Shown piece by piece: positions 40,110 through 49,874 of a stretch of DNA of 64,000 bases; position 1 is the stretch's first letter; every line of letters begins with the position of its first letter. A model generated the notes under the pieces. The model did not search any database, was not told where the DNA came from, and saw nothing but the letters and a program-made list of their open reading frames with translations. A program made the position numbers and the translations under genes. The stretch is taken from the sequence record SRR31156797_4840, one strand, 5' to 3'.

Positions 40110-41986
40110 GTGAAAAGAAAACAACAACACAACACCGTGGCGGACCAATGGGTGGCGGCCCGGGCCGTAACATCGGTGCCAAAGGACCAAAACCAAAAAA
40201 CTTTTGGGGGACGGTCAAACGGCTTTTCGGGTACATGTCGAAACGCTCCCTCGCTATCATTGCCGTCTTCGTTTTAGCGATCGCAGCCGTGATCTTCCAA
40301 ATCCAAACACCGAAAATTTTAGGGGAAGCGACCACTGAAATTTTTAAAGGGGTCATGATCGGTACGCAGCAGATGCAAGCCGGCCAACAGGTGACAGAAT
40401 TTCCTATCGATTTTGAGAAAGTTGGTCAAATCATTTTGATCGCGATCGGCATGTATGTGATTTCAGCCGTCTTCAACTTTCTACAACAGTTTATTATGAC
40501 CCGTGTCTCTCAACGAACGGTTTATGAGCTGCGTCGAGACTTAGATGAAAAAATGAACCGCTTGCCGATCTCTTACTATGATACTCACTCAAATGGGGAT
40601 ATCATGTCACGGGCAATCAATGATATGGATAATATCGCAAGTACCCTGCAACAAAACTTGACCCAATTTATTACGAGTGTCGTGACCTTTATCGGGGTTT
40701 TGTGGATGATGCTGACGATCAGTTGGCAACTGACTTTGATTGCTTTAGCAACGGTTCCTTTAAGCTTGATCGTCGTGATGATCGTCGCACCAAAATCGCA
40801 AAAATTCTTTGCGGCCCAACAAAAAAGTTTAGGATTGCTCAATGACCAAGTCGAAGAAACTTACGGCGGTCATACAGTAGTCAAAACCTTCAACCATGAA
40901 GCTGCCGATCAAGTCGTTTTTGAAGAAGAAAATGACCGTCTGTATTCTGCTGGTTGGAAAGCCCAATTTATTTCAGCGATCATTATGCCCTTGATGAACT
41001 TCATTAAAAACTTAGGCTATGTCTTCGTGGCTGTCCTTGGTGGAATCAAGGTAGCGAATGGGAACATGACGTTAGGGGATGTGCAAGCATTCTTGCAATA
41101 CACCAATCAATTCTCTCAACCGATCACTCAAATCGCTAGCTTGCTAAACACCATCCAATCAACCGTTGCATCTGCCGAACGGGTCTTTGAAGTCTTGGAT
41201 GAAGAAGAAATGAATGATGAGCCTTCTGGTTTACCAGTGGAAGACAGTGAATACAAAGTTCGTTTCGATCATGTTCAATTTGGTTATGCCCCAGACAAAT
41301 TATTGATGACCGATTTTAATCTGGATGTCAAAGCTGGTGAGATGGTGGCTATCGTAGGACCAACCGGCGCTGGGAAAACCACGCTGATCAATCTCTTGGA
41401 ACGTTTTTATGATGTTTCTGGCGGTAGCATTCGTTATGATGGCAGAGATACCCGAGACTTGACTCGTGATGAATTGCGTAGTAATATCTCGATGGTGCTG
41501 CAAGATACGTGGTTGTTTACCGGCTCCATCTATGACAACATTCATTATGGAAATGAAAAAGCGACCAAAGAACAAGTGATTGCTGCGGCGAAGGCTGCCC
41601 ATGTGGATGATTTTGTTCGCAAATTGCCAGAAGGCTATGATACGGTCTTGAATGAAGAAGCCAGCAACATCTCCCAAGGTCAACGTCAGCTGATCACGAT
41701 CGCCCGCGCCTTCTTAGCGGATCCGGACGTCTTGATTTTGGATGAAGCAACTTCTAGTGTCGATACGCGGACTGAGATCTTGATCCAGAAAGCAATGGGG
41801 CGTTTGTTAGAAAATCGGACCAGCTTTGTGGTTGCTCACCGTCTCTCTACGATTCGTGATGCTGACAATATCATCGTGATGAATCACGGATCTATTGTTG
41901 AAACTGGAAACCATGAGGAATTGATGGCGCAAAACGGTTTCTATGCAGACCTTTATAACAGTCAATTTTCAGAAGAAGTGGCGTGA
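40106..41986 (+). CDS. Heterodimeric ABC exporter, subunit with consensus catalytic motifs
   Basis: GPTGAGKT, ISQGQ, LDEATSSVD, VAHR. Confidence 0.93.
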   Translation: MSEKKTTTQHRGGPMGGGPGRNIGAKGPKPKNFWGTVKRLFGYMSKRSLAIIAVFVLAIAAVIFQIQTPKILGEATTEIFKGVMIGTQQMQAGQQVTEFPIDFEKVGQIILIAIGMYVISAVFNFLQQFIMTRVSQRTVYELRRDLDEKMNRLPISYYDTHSNGDIMSRAINDMDNIASTLQQNLTQFITSVVTFIGVLWMMLTISWQLTLIALATVPLSLIVVMIVAPKSQKFFAAQQKSLGLLNDQVEETYGGHTVVKTFNHEAADQVVFEEENDRLYSAGWKAQFISAIIMPLMNFIKNLGYVFVAVLGGIKVANGNMTLGDVQAFLQYTNQFSQPITQIASLLNTIQSTVASAERVFEVLDEEEMNDEPSGLPVEDSEYKVRFDHVQFGYAPDKLLMTDFNLDVKAGEMVAIVGPTGAGKTTLINLLERFYDVSGGSIRYDGRDTRDLTRDELRSNISMVLQDTWLFTGSIYDNIHYGNEKATKEQVIAAAKAAHVDDFVRKLPEGYDTVLNEEASNISQGQRQLITIARAFLADPDVLILDEATSSVDTRTEILIQKAMGRLLENRTSFVVAHRLSTIRDADNIIVMNHGSIVETGNHEELMAQNGFYADLYNSQFSEEVA

Positions 41987-42052
41987 TCCACTGTTTGTAA
42001 TGAAAGAAATTCTTCCCCAAATGATGATAAACAGACCGCCAAAGGTTGACTG

Positions 42053-42088
42053 AAAGAAAGCAGTGATTGTCACTGCTTTCTTTTTTTT
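42053..42088 (+). terminator. Intrinsic terminator
   Basis: AAAGAAAGCAGTGA/TCACTGCTTTCTTT + T-run. Confidence 0.85.
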
Positions 42089-42139
42089 ATGAATTTATAT
42101 GGCTTTATTTTAAATATTTATTGCAATTATCTAGATAAA

Positions 42140-42157
42140 AATGTATATTAATACATA
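42140..42157. promoter_or_regulatory. ARG box (ArgR/AhrC operator)
   Basis: AATGTATATTAATACATA near-palindrome upstream of argD. Confidence 0.65.
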
Positions 42158-42190
42158 ATTTCGAATGATCCAAGACAAGGAGTGAAATCA

Positions 42191-43336
42191 ATGAGCCATC
42201 TTTTTCCTAATTACAGTCGTTTGCCCATCGATATCCAGCAAGGCAACGGCAGCTATGTGGTAGATTCGCAAGGGAACCAATATTTAGATTTAACAAGCGG
42301 CATCGGGGTCGTTAATCTCGGTTATGGGCATCCCAAAGTGCAAGCCGCGTTGATGACCCAAGCAGAGCAAATTTGGCATGTGCCGAATTTGTATGACAGC
42401 CAGCTGCAAGAAGAAGTTGCCCAAAAGCTGACCCAAAATCAAACGAGCGCCTCAGACGAGCCGTATCTGGCTTATTTTTGCAATAGTGGCGCTGAGGCGA
42501 ACGAAGCTGCTTTAAAGCTGGCTCGCAAAGCGACTGGCCGTAGCAAAGTCATCAGTTTTGAACAATCTTTCCACGGTCGGACCTTTGGCGCGATGTCTTT
42601 GACTGGGCAAAGCAGTATTCACGATGGGTTTGGTCCGCTGGTACCAGAGATGGTTTATGTACCGTTTAATGACCTTGAGGCATTGCAAGCCGTTTTAGAT
42701 GAGCAGACGGCAGCCGTGTTTTTAGAATTGATCCAAGGCGAAGGCGGCGTGATCCCTGCCGAGGTGGCGTGGGTCCAAGGGGTGGCAGCCCTTTGTCAGG
42801 AGCAGGGAGCACTGCTGGTGGTGGATGAGATCCAAACCGGGATGGGACGGACAGGAACACTGTTTGCTTTTGAAGGATATGGCATTGAACCTGATCTTTT
42901 TACCGTAGCAAAAGGGCTTGGTAACGGGATCCCTGTCGGAGCAATGCTAGGCAAAAGTCATTTGCAAACGGCTTTTGGACCCGGTAGTCACGGTTCGACC
43001 TTTGGTGGCAATAAATTAGCGATGGCCGCTGCTAGTGCCGTCTGCAGTGTGTTGCAAGAAGAGGACATTCAAGTCAATGTTCAATTGCGTCAGCAGCAGT
43101 TTTTCGACGGATTGCAAGGACTATCTAAGGTGCAGGCGATTCGTGGGAAAGGATTGATGATTGGTATCGAATTAGCAGATTCGGAAAGCTTGCAATCCGT
43201 GTTGACTCAACTGCGGAACCAAGGCCTCCTCGCATTAAAGGCGGGTACCAAGGTTTTGCGCTTGCTGCCACCCTTAACGATCTCGCAAGAGGAAACGCAA
43301 GCAGCCTTGGCGATTTTACAAGCGATCTTAGCATAA
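42191..43336 (+). CDS. argD: Acetylornithine aminotransferase
   Basis: NSGAEANE, SFHGRT, DEIQTGMGRTG, AKGLGNG; adjacent to argCJB. Confidence 0.93.
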   Translation: MSHLFPNYSRLPIDIQQGNGSYVVDSQGNQYLDLTSGIGVVNLGYGHPKVQAALMTQAEQIWHVPNLYDSQLQEEVAQKLTQNQTSASDEPYLAYFCNSGAEANEAALKLARKATGRSKVISFEQSFHGRTFGAMSLTGQSSIHDGFGPLVPEMVYVPFNDLEALQAVLDEQTAAVFLELIQGEGGVIPAEVAWVQGVAALCQEQGALLVVDEIQTGMGRTGTLFAFEGYGIEPDLFTVAKGLGNGIPVGAMLGKSHLQTAFGPGSHGSTFGGNKLAMAAASAVCSVLQEEDIQVNVQLRQQQFFDGLQGLSKVQAIRGKGLMIGIELADSESLQSVLTQLRNQGLLALKAGTKVLRLLPPLTISQEETQAALAILQAILA

Positions 43337-43451
43337 TTGTATAAAAATAGATTTTTTGGGCATTTTTTCTTATAAAAACCGAATAACAGCGAGTTTATTT
43401 TGAATAGTTTTATAAATAATCATTGACAGAGCGATGGGAGTTTCTTATAAT
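43336..43451 (+). promoter_or_regulatory. argC promoter with ARG-box-like sites
   Basis: ATTGTATAAAAATAGATT (43336), TTTGAATAGTTTTATAAA (43399), TTGACA-17-TATAAT (43423-43451). Confidence 0.7.
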
Positions 43452-43482
43452 CTTAAGTAAATTCTTTTGAGGAGTGACGTGT

Positions 43483-44505
43483 TTGAAGGCAGCAATCGTT
43501 GGTGTAACAGGGTATACCGGAATTGAATTGATTCGTTTGATCCAGCAGCATCCCCAATTGGAGGTGGGCACCTTGCATAGTCATTCTATGCATGAAAATT
43601 CATCAGTTTTGTATCCTCATTTAATTGGACTGACAGAGCGGTTGATCGAACCTTTTGATGCAGAAAAAATCCAAAAGGAAAATCAACTCGTGTTTTTTGC
43701 GACTCCTGCTGGAATCAGCAAAGAACTCGCAGCGACTTTTGTCGCAAATGACTTTCCAGTGATTGACCTTTCTGGTGATCTGCGATTGAAGGATCGGGAT
43801 AGCTATCAAAAATGGTATCACCAAGAAGCTGCACCTGCCGAGTTGTTGGCACAAGCGACCTATTCGCTGCCTGAGTTTGCAACGACTTCTGGCAATTTGA
43901 TCGCCAATCCAGGCTGTTATGCGACTGCTGCCATTTTAGCTGCTGCGCCGTTGGTTCAGCAAAAACTATTCAGCGGCACGTTGATTTTTGATGGCAAGTC
44001 GGGCTTATCGGGTGCTGGAAAGAAATTGACTGACAGCAGTCACTTTGCAACCGCTGCGGATAACATGACGATGTATAAGCCAAATCAGCATCAGCATATT
44101 CCTGAGATCATGCAACAGTTTCAACAATGGGATCAGGCAATGCCGCCGATCCAATTTTCTACCAGCTTACTGCCTGTCAAAAGAGGGATCTTTATGACGC
44201 TTTATGCGCCTCTCAAAGACGCGATTTCGCAAGAGGACATCTATGAGCAGTACGTAAAAACATATCAAGACCATCCGTTTGTCCGAGTGCAACCGTTAGG
44301 AAAGCTGCCCGAGCTGCGGCAAGTGACGGGAACGAATTTTTGTGACATTGGCCTATGTTTCAATCCGCTGACCCAAGTGTTGACCGTTGTCGCAGTGATC
44401 GATAATTTAGGCAAAGGGGCTGCTGGCCAAGCGATCCAAAACTTCAATCGATGGGCAGGGATACCAGAAACGACCGGTCTTATGCAAGCTCCGTTATACC
44501 CATAA
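43483..44505 (+). CDS. argC: N-acetyl-gamma-glutamyl-phosphate reductase
   Basis: GVTGYTG, ANPGCYAT, DNLGKGAAGQAIQN; probable TTG start 43483. Confidence 0.96.
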   Translation: MKAAIVGVTGYTGIELIRLIQQHPQLEVGTLHSHSMHENSSVLYPHLIGLTERLIEPFDAEKIQKENQLVFFATPAGISKELAATFVANDFPVIDLSGDLRLKDRDSYQKWYHQEAAPAELLAQATYSLPEFATTSGNLIANPGCYATAAILAAAPLVQQKLFSGTLIFDGKSGLSGAGKKLTDSSHFATAADNMTMYKPNQHQHIPEIMQQFQQWDQAMPPIQFSTSLLPVKRGIFMTLYAPLKDAISQEDIYEQYVKTYQDHPFVRVQPLGKLPELRQVTGTNFCDIGLCFNPLTQVLTVVAVIDNLGKGAAGQAIQNFNRWAGIPETTGLMQAPLYP

Positions 44506-44583
44506 AATAGCCAACAGACACGTGAGAATACTCGTGTCAGCCAGTGGACAATCCGCAAAAAGGTGGCAGTAGGAGGAAAGAAA

Positions 44584-45774
44584 ATGAAAGAAATCGAAGG
44601 AACGATCGCAACCCCAAAAGGTTTTTTTGCCGACGGTCTGCATTGCGGTCTGAAGAAAGAGAAAGTCGATCTTGGTTGGATCGTCTCTGAAGTGCCAGCC
44701 AGTGCTGCGGCAGTCTTTACCACCAATCAAGTACAAGCGGCACCCATTCTCGTTACAAAGGAAAAAATGCAAGCAGGCACCTTGCAAGGCGTGATCGTCA
44801 ATGCGGGCAATGCCAATGCTTGTACCGGGGAGCAAGGTTTAAAAGATGCACAAGAGATGGCAGAATTGGCAGCAGCCCAGCTGCATACGAGTCCCGAAGC
44901 CTTTGCGGTAGCCTCCACCGGGATCATTGGTAAGAGCTTACCGATGGAAAAAATCACGGCAGGGATTCAGCAACTAAACAGGCAAGGGGATGCCCACCGA
45001 TTTCAAAGAGCAATTTTGACGACGGATCTGACTGAAAAAAGCAGTGTCATCCAATCAACGATCGCTGACAAAACGGTGACTGTTGCGGGCTGTGCCAAAG
45101 GGTCTGGTATGATCCATCCTAATATGGCCACGATGCTGGCATTTGTTACGACGGATGCAGCGATCTCGTCAGCACTCTTGCAAACACTGCTGAAAGAGTT
45201 GACCGATGTCACCTTTAATCAAATCACGGTCGATGGTGATACATCTACCAATGATATGGTGTTAGTTTTAGCCAACGGGTTAGCCAAAAATCCAACGATT
45301 GAAGCTGACACGCCAGCTTATCAGGAGTTTAAAGGGATGCTTAAAGCAGTTCTGACCGCGCTAGCCAAAGCAATTGCGAAGGACGGAGAAGGCGCCAGCA
45401 AATTGATCGAAGCTCACACGAGTGGAGCTGTGACCGATGAAGCAGCCCGAATGATCAGCAAAACCATCGTTGGTTCGCCGCTGGTCAAAACAGCCCTCTT
45501 TGGCAAAGACCCAAACTGGGGGCGTATCTTATGTGCAGTGGGTTATAGTGGGCAACCCATCGATCCAGCAACGGTATCGATCGCACTAGCCGACATTCCC
45601 GTCTTTGTCCAAGGGATACCGGTAGCTTTTGACGAAACCATCATGCAAGAACAGTTGGCGGAAAGTGAAGTCAAAGTCGCTGTTGAGCTGAAAGAAGGAG
45701 CAGGTGTTGGCACCGCTTGGGGCTGTGATCTGACGTATGACTATGTGAAAATCAACGCACTATATCATACCTGA
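44584..45774 (+). CDS. argJ: Ornithine acetyltransferase / N-acetylglutamate synthase
   Basis: GNANACTG, KGSGMIHPNMATML, DGDTSTND, GCDLTYDYV. Confidence 0.97.
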   Translation: MKEIEGTIATPKGFFADGLHCGLKKEKVDLGWIVSEVPASAAAVFTTNQVQAAPILVTKEKMQAGTLQGVIVNAGNANACTGEQGLKDAQEMAELAAAQLHTSPEAFAVASTGIIGKSLPMEKITAGIQQLNRQGDAHRFQRAILTTDLTEKSSVIQSTIADKTVTVAGCAKGSGMIHPNMATMLAFVTTDAAISSALLQTLLKELTDVTFNQITVDGDTSTNDMVLVLANGLAKNPTIEADTPAYQEFKGMLKAVLTALAKAIAKDGEGASKLIEAHTSGAVTDEAARMISKTIVGSPLVKTALFGKDPNWGRILCAVGYSGQPIDPATVSIALADIPVFVQGIPVAFDETIMQEQLAESEVKVAVELKEGAGVGTAWGCDLTYDYVKINALYHT

Positions 45775-45809
45775 AACAAATCAGGTACTAGACAAAAAGG
45801 AGCGAGTAG

Positions 45810-46571
45810 ATGGAAACGATCGTAGTAAAAATCGGCGGTGTCGCCTCAGAAAATTTAACCCCGTCATTCTTTGAGACGATAGCAGATTGGCAAGCTGCGG
45901 GCAAAAAAGTGGTCATCGTCCATGGCGGTGGTCACTACATCTCAGAAATGATGGAGAAAATGGCGTTGACAGTCACGATCAAAGACGGCCTGCGGGTGAC
46001 CGATCCCCAGACGCTTGAAGTAACTAGAATGGTCCTTTTGGGACAAGTTCAACCGCTGATCACGACCGCTTTCCAGCAAGCTGGCTTCCATGCCGTGGGA
46101 CTGAATGCTGGCTGTGATCAGCTGATCCAAGGAGAATTTATCGATGAGGAGAAATTAGGTCAAGTAGGGAAGGTTCAACAAATCAACGCTGCTTTCCTGC
46201 AGCTCTTGACAGAGAAAAAACATGTTCCGATTTTGGCCCCACTAGGAATTACTCCAGATGGGCAATGGTTGAACATCAACGCGGATGAAGTGGCTTGTCA
46301 GGTCGCAGCCAGCTTACAAGCCGAAAAACTGTATTTGTTGACGGATGTTCCTGGCATCAAACAAGAAAGCAAGTGGTTGTCGGCTGTTTCTTTTGAGGAG
46401 ATCCCCCAACTGATCGCCGAAGAAGTAGTCACGGGCGGCATGCTGCCAAAACTAAAAAGTGCTCAGAAAGCCTTAAAATCAGGGGTAGCTGCCGTTTGTA
46501 TCACCGATCGGATCGATCGTTTAGGAACCCAGATCCTCGCGGCAAGTCCAGCAGCAGCTGGCTGTAGTTGA
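45810..46571 (+). CDS. argB: Acetylglutamate kinase
   Basis: VKIGG, VHGGG, GLRVT, NINAD, GGMLPK. Confidence 0.96.
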   Translation: METIVVKIGGVASENLTPSFFETIADWQAAGKKVVIVHGGGHYISEMMEKMALTVTIKDGLRVTDPQTLEVTRMVLLGQVQPLITTAFQQAGFHAVGLNAGCDQLIQGEFIDEEKLGQVGKVQQINAAFLQLLTEKKHVPILAPLGITPDGQWLNINADEVACQVAASLQAEKLYLLTDVPGIKQESKWLSAVSFEEIPQLIAEEVVTGGMLPKLKSAQKALKSGVAAVCITDRIDRLGTQILAASPAAAGCS

Positions 46572-46746
46572 AGCCATTAGCGACACCTAAACGCCACCTC
46601 TCTACTTATAAAAATGCAAAATTCTGACTTTTCTGTGCTTTTCTTCTTATTTTCTCTAAAAAAAGAATAAAATAGGTAGGGATTTCATTTGCTAGAATTT
46701 CGTTTTATCAGTACAATGAGTACATATGTAAGTAGGGGGAGAAACA

Positions 46747-47568
46747 ATGACAGATTTCTTATTGGGGAGCAGTACGAAGTTGCTGACTGTTGCAATTCGG
46801 GTAAAAGACCGCGATCAAGCGATTGCCTTTTATCGCGATGTACTTGGCTTTGAGCTGAAAAGAGAAGAAAATGAGTTGGCCATCTTTGGTCTAAAAGGAT
46901 TAGATAGAGAAGTTTTATGGTTGGAAGAAAGCCCGCGTGCCAACGACCATTTCGGTGAGATCAAAAAGATGCAGCGCATCGTTTTAGCCATATCCTCGCT
47001 AGAAGAAGCGGCAACTATCGCGAGCAATGCCCAACAAAAAGCGATTGCTTTCGAAGAAGCTCGTTATGAAGCGAATCAATTAGGCTTTATTATAGCGGAT
47101 CCAGAAGGAAACAAAATCGAAGTCTTATTTACAGCACCCGCAGGAACTGCGGTACCAAAAGACGAAGCAGAATTGATCAAAGCGGCACCTGCAAAAGCGG
47201 CTGGCTTATCAAAAGAGGCTCATTTTGGCAAGCTGTATTTAAACGTCAGTGATTTAGCCAAAGAGCAGCTTTTCTTAGAAGAAAGCTTAGGATTGAAAAC
47301 AAAAGAAGCCGAAACAAAGGAATTTATCCTCAATGATGGTGACTTCCAAGTTGGCTTGACTGAAGCACAAGGTGGTACGATCGACTTACCGAGCCACGAG
47401 GTGCTTGGCTTAGACTTCTTGAAAATCTCCATCAGTCAAGAAGATATCGATACATTGGAAAAACACTTGTCTGAGAAGAACCAAGAGTTTTTCATCGACA
47501 AAAAACGGCAATTGTTGACGACCTACGATGCGATCGGTATCGAATGGTGGTTTATCGTTAAAAAATAA
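46747..47568 (+). CDS. VOC-fold protein, CppA-like
   Basis: Two VOC-type halves; LEESP..KK..RI, AQG and GIEWWF segments resemble pneumococcal CppA (recalled, not aligned). Confidence 0.7.
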   Translation: MTDFLLGSSTKLLTVAIRVKDRDQAIAFYRDVLGFELKREENELAIFGLKGLDREVLWLEESPRANDHFGEIKKMQRIVLAISSLEEAATIASNAQQKAIAFEEARYEANQLGFIIADPEGNKIEVLFTAPAGTAVPKDEAELIKAAPAKAAGLSKEAHFGKLYLNVSDLAKEQLFLEESLGLKTKEAETKEFILNDGDFQVGLTEAQGGTIDLPSHEVLGLDFLKISISQEDIDTLEKHLSEKNQEFFIDKKRQLLTTYDAIGIEWWFIVKK

Positions 47569-47577
47569 AGTGTTTTG

Positions 47578-47621
47578 AAAGAAAAAGCAGCGAGGACTAT
47601 TCTCTGCTTTTTCTTTTTTTT
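47578..47621 (+). terminator. Intrinsic terminator
   Basis: AAAGAAAAAGCAG/CTGCTTTTTCTTT + T-run. Confidence 0.75.
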
Positions 47622-47975
47622 GTCAAAAAAAGAAACTTTTGTTTTTATTTCGCACGAAAGAGTGCAAAAACCTGTTACATCGATTCGAAGACCAATCATT
47701 GAAAAAACGGTAGTTTATCTGCATTAGTAGAACAGGTCCAATCTATTTTGAATTTCTTATTTAGTTATTTAATATTTGAAACGCTTGTCTTAAAACTTAA
47801 TATAATAGCCATTATGATTCAAAAATCGCAAACATTATATTGAATTGTGGTTATTCTTAATTTATAATAAAAAAGAATCGAGATTCGATGGCTCTGGACG
47901 CAGAGGTTATTTGTTGTTATTAATGTATGCGGTTTCTTATGGTGTTGAGCAGTAACGGGAAGACAAGGAGTAGAT

Positions 47976-48893
47976 GTGATGGAAAAAAAGTGGATACACC
48001 GATATTTTGCTCAGTGGGATCTGCAGATGATGGTACTGCCGGCGATCTTACTGGTAGGCATTTTTAGCTATATCCCAATGTACGGGATTTTGATGGCATT
48101 TCAACAGTACAATATTTTTGAAGGTATGACAGGCAGTCCATGGATCGGCTTTGATAATTTTCGGCGCTTTTTTAGTGAACCACGTTTTTGGGAAATTTTA
48201 CGGAATACCATTATGATCAGTGTGCTAAAGATTGCTATTTGTTTTCCAGCACCGATTTTGCTGGCGTTGATGCTTAACGAGGTCAAGAACGTTGCATTCA
48301 AACGTGTGGTGCAGACGATTACTTATCTCCCACACTTTTTATCATGGGTGATCGTGGCGGGGTTTACGATGTCGATTTTATCGATGGATAACGGTAGCTT
48401 AAATATTGCTTTGGAGAGTTTAAACCTGATCGATGAACCAATCAACTTTTTATCGATCCCTCGCTATTTCTGGACGATCATCGTTACGACAAATCTTTGG
48501 AAATCGATTGGCTTTGGCTCGATCGTCTATATGGCAGCCATTGCTGGGATCGATCCGCAACTGTACGAAGCAGCATCACTAGATGGCGCAACGAAATTTC
48601 AGCAAGTCTTTTTGATCACTCTGCCTTCGATCGTTCCAATCATTACGATTTTTCTCATTTTGGAGATCGGCAACTTATTGAATGCGGGCTTTGAAGATTT
48701 GCTTTTACTTGGGAGCAATCCAGCTCTTAGAAATGTGGCGGATGTCATTGATACCTATGTGTATCGGGTAGGGATCAGCAACTCTCAATATTCATACGCA
48801 ACAGCTGTTGGTTTGTTCAAAGCAGTCATTAGTGTCACTCTTTTGAGCGGAGCAAACTTTTTCGCACGCAAAGTGGGTCACAGCTTATGGTGA
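47976..48893 (+). CDS. Carbohydrate ABC permease (LplB/YteP-like)
   Basis: YIPMYG, YLPHFLSWV, LYEAASLDGA, DVIDTYVY. Confidence 0.92.
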   Translation: MMEKKWIHRYFAQWDLQMMVLPAILLVGIFSYIPMYGILMAFQQYNIFEGMTGSPWIGFDNFRRFFSEPRFWEILRNTIMISVLKIAICFPAPILLALMLNEVKNVAFKRVVQTITYLPHFLSWVIVAGFTMSILSMDNGSLNIALESLNLIDEPINFLSIPRYFWTIIVTTNLWKSIGFGSIVYMAAIAGIDPQLYEAASLDGATKFQQVFLITLPSIVPIITIFLILEIGNLLNAGFEDLLLLGSNPALRNVADVIDTYVYRVGISNSQYSYATAVGLFKAVISVTLLSGANFFARKVGHSLW

Positions 48894-48915
48894 TCAGCAG
48901 AGGAGGAAATGAACA

Positions 48916-49809
48916 ATGAAGAAAAATTGGGGCGACCAAGCGATGATGATTTTTATCTACCTTTTCTTGATAACGCTTGCATTCTTGACATTTTATCCCT
49001 TCTGGAATTCACTGGTGATTTCCTTTAATTCTGGACGTGACACGGTGACCGGTGGGATCACGTTTTGGCCAAGAGAATTTACGTTGGAAAACTATCAGAT
49101 CGTCTTTCAAGATCAGCGCTTGATGAATGCCTTTTTCATCAGTGTCTTACGGACAGTGATCGGGACGTTTTCATCGATCATGCTGACAGCGATGGCAGCA
49201 TATGGAATGTCAAAAAGAGAACTGATAGGGCGAAAATTTATTACGATTTTTTTCATCCTCACGATGTTCTTCAGCGGCGGCTTGATTCCAACTTTTTTAG
49301 TGGTACGTTCACTTGGACTGATGGATTCTTTTTGGGTAATGATCATTCCTGGTCTGATCAGTGTTTGGAATATGATCATCTTCCGTACGTTCTTTCAGCA
49401 ACTGCCGAAAGGATTGGAAGATTCAGCGAAAATTGATGGTTGTGGTTATTGGGGCACGTTTTTCCGAATCATTTTGCCGTTATCAGGTCCAGTCATTGCC
49501 ACTTTGTCGCTATTTACCGCCGTTGGGCATTGGAATGATTGGTTTATGCCAAGCATCTACATTACTTCAGATCATCTGATTCCCTTGCAGACCTTTTTGC
49601 AACGAGTCTTGAATTCGAACACGGTGAGTTCGCAAATGAGTCAAATTGATTCTGGCTCAGCAGCACGTTTGGCGGAAATGACTGGTGTCACAGGAAAATC
49701 CTTGTCGATGGCGATCATGATGGTGGCGACTTTGCCGATCGTAATGGTTTATCCGTTTGTCCAAAAGTATTTTGTAAAAGGTGTATTGATTGGTTCGTTG
49801 AAAGATTAG
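48916..49809 (+). CDS. Carbohydrate ABC permease (LplC/YtcP-like)
   Basis: MFFSGGLIP, DSAKIDG, YPFVQKYFVKG. Confidence 0.92.
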   Translation: MKKNWGDQAMMIFIYLFLITLAFLTFYPFWNSLVISFNSGRDTVTGGITFWPREFTLENYQIVFQDQRLMNAFFISVLRTVIGTFSSIMLTAMAAYGMSKRELIGRKFITIFFILTMFFSGGLIPTFLVVRSLGLMDSFWVMIIPGLISVWNMIIFRTFFQQLPKGLEDSAKIDGCGYWGTFFRIILPLSGPVIATLSLFTAVGHWNDWFMPSIYITSDHLIPLQTFLQRVLNSNTVSSQMSQIDSGSAARLAEMTGVTGKSLSMAIMMVATLPIVMVYPFVQKYFVKGVLIGSLKD

Positions 49810-49874
49810 CAGAGCAGGAGGAACTCTCTTGATTAGAGGAGAGAAGGAACGAAACGTTGAAAGGGGATAAAAGA

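Noticed and set aside
38382-41986. Naming the exporter efrAB, efrCD or efrEF
   Set aside because: Enterococci have several paralogous heterodimeric exporters; orthology cannot be fixed without alignment
46747-47568. Catechol 2,3-dioxygenase (CatE) call
   Set aside because: The His metal ligands expected at the start of each VOC half are not evident (KLLTVAIRV, FGKLYLNV)
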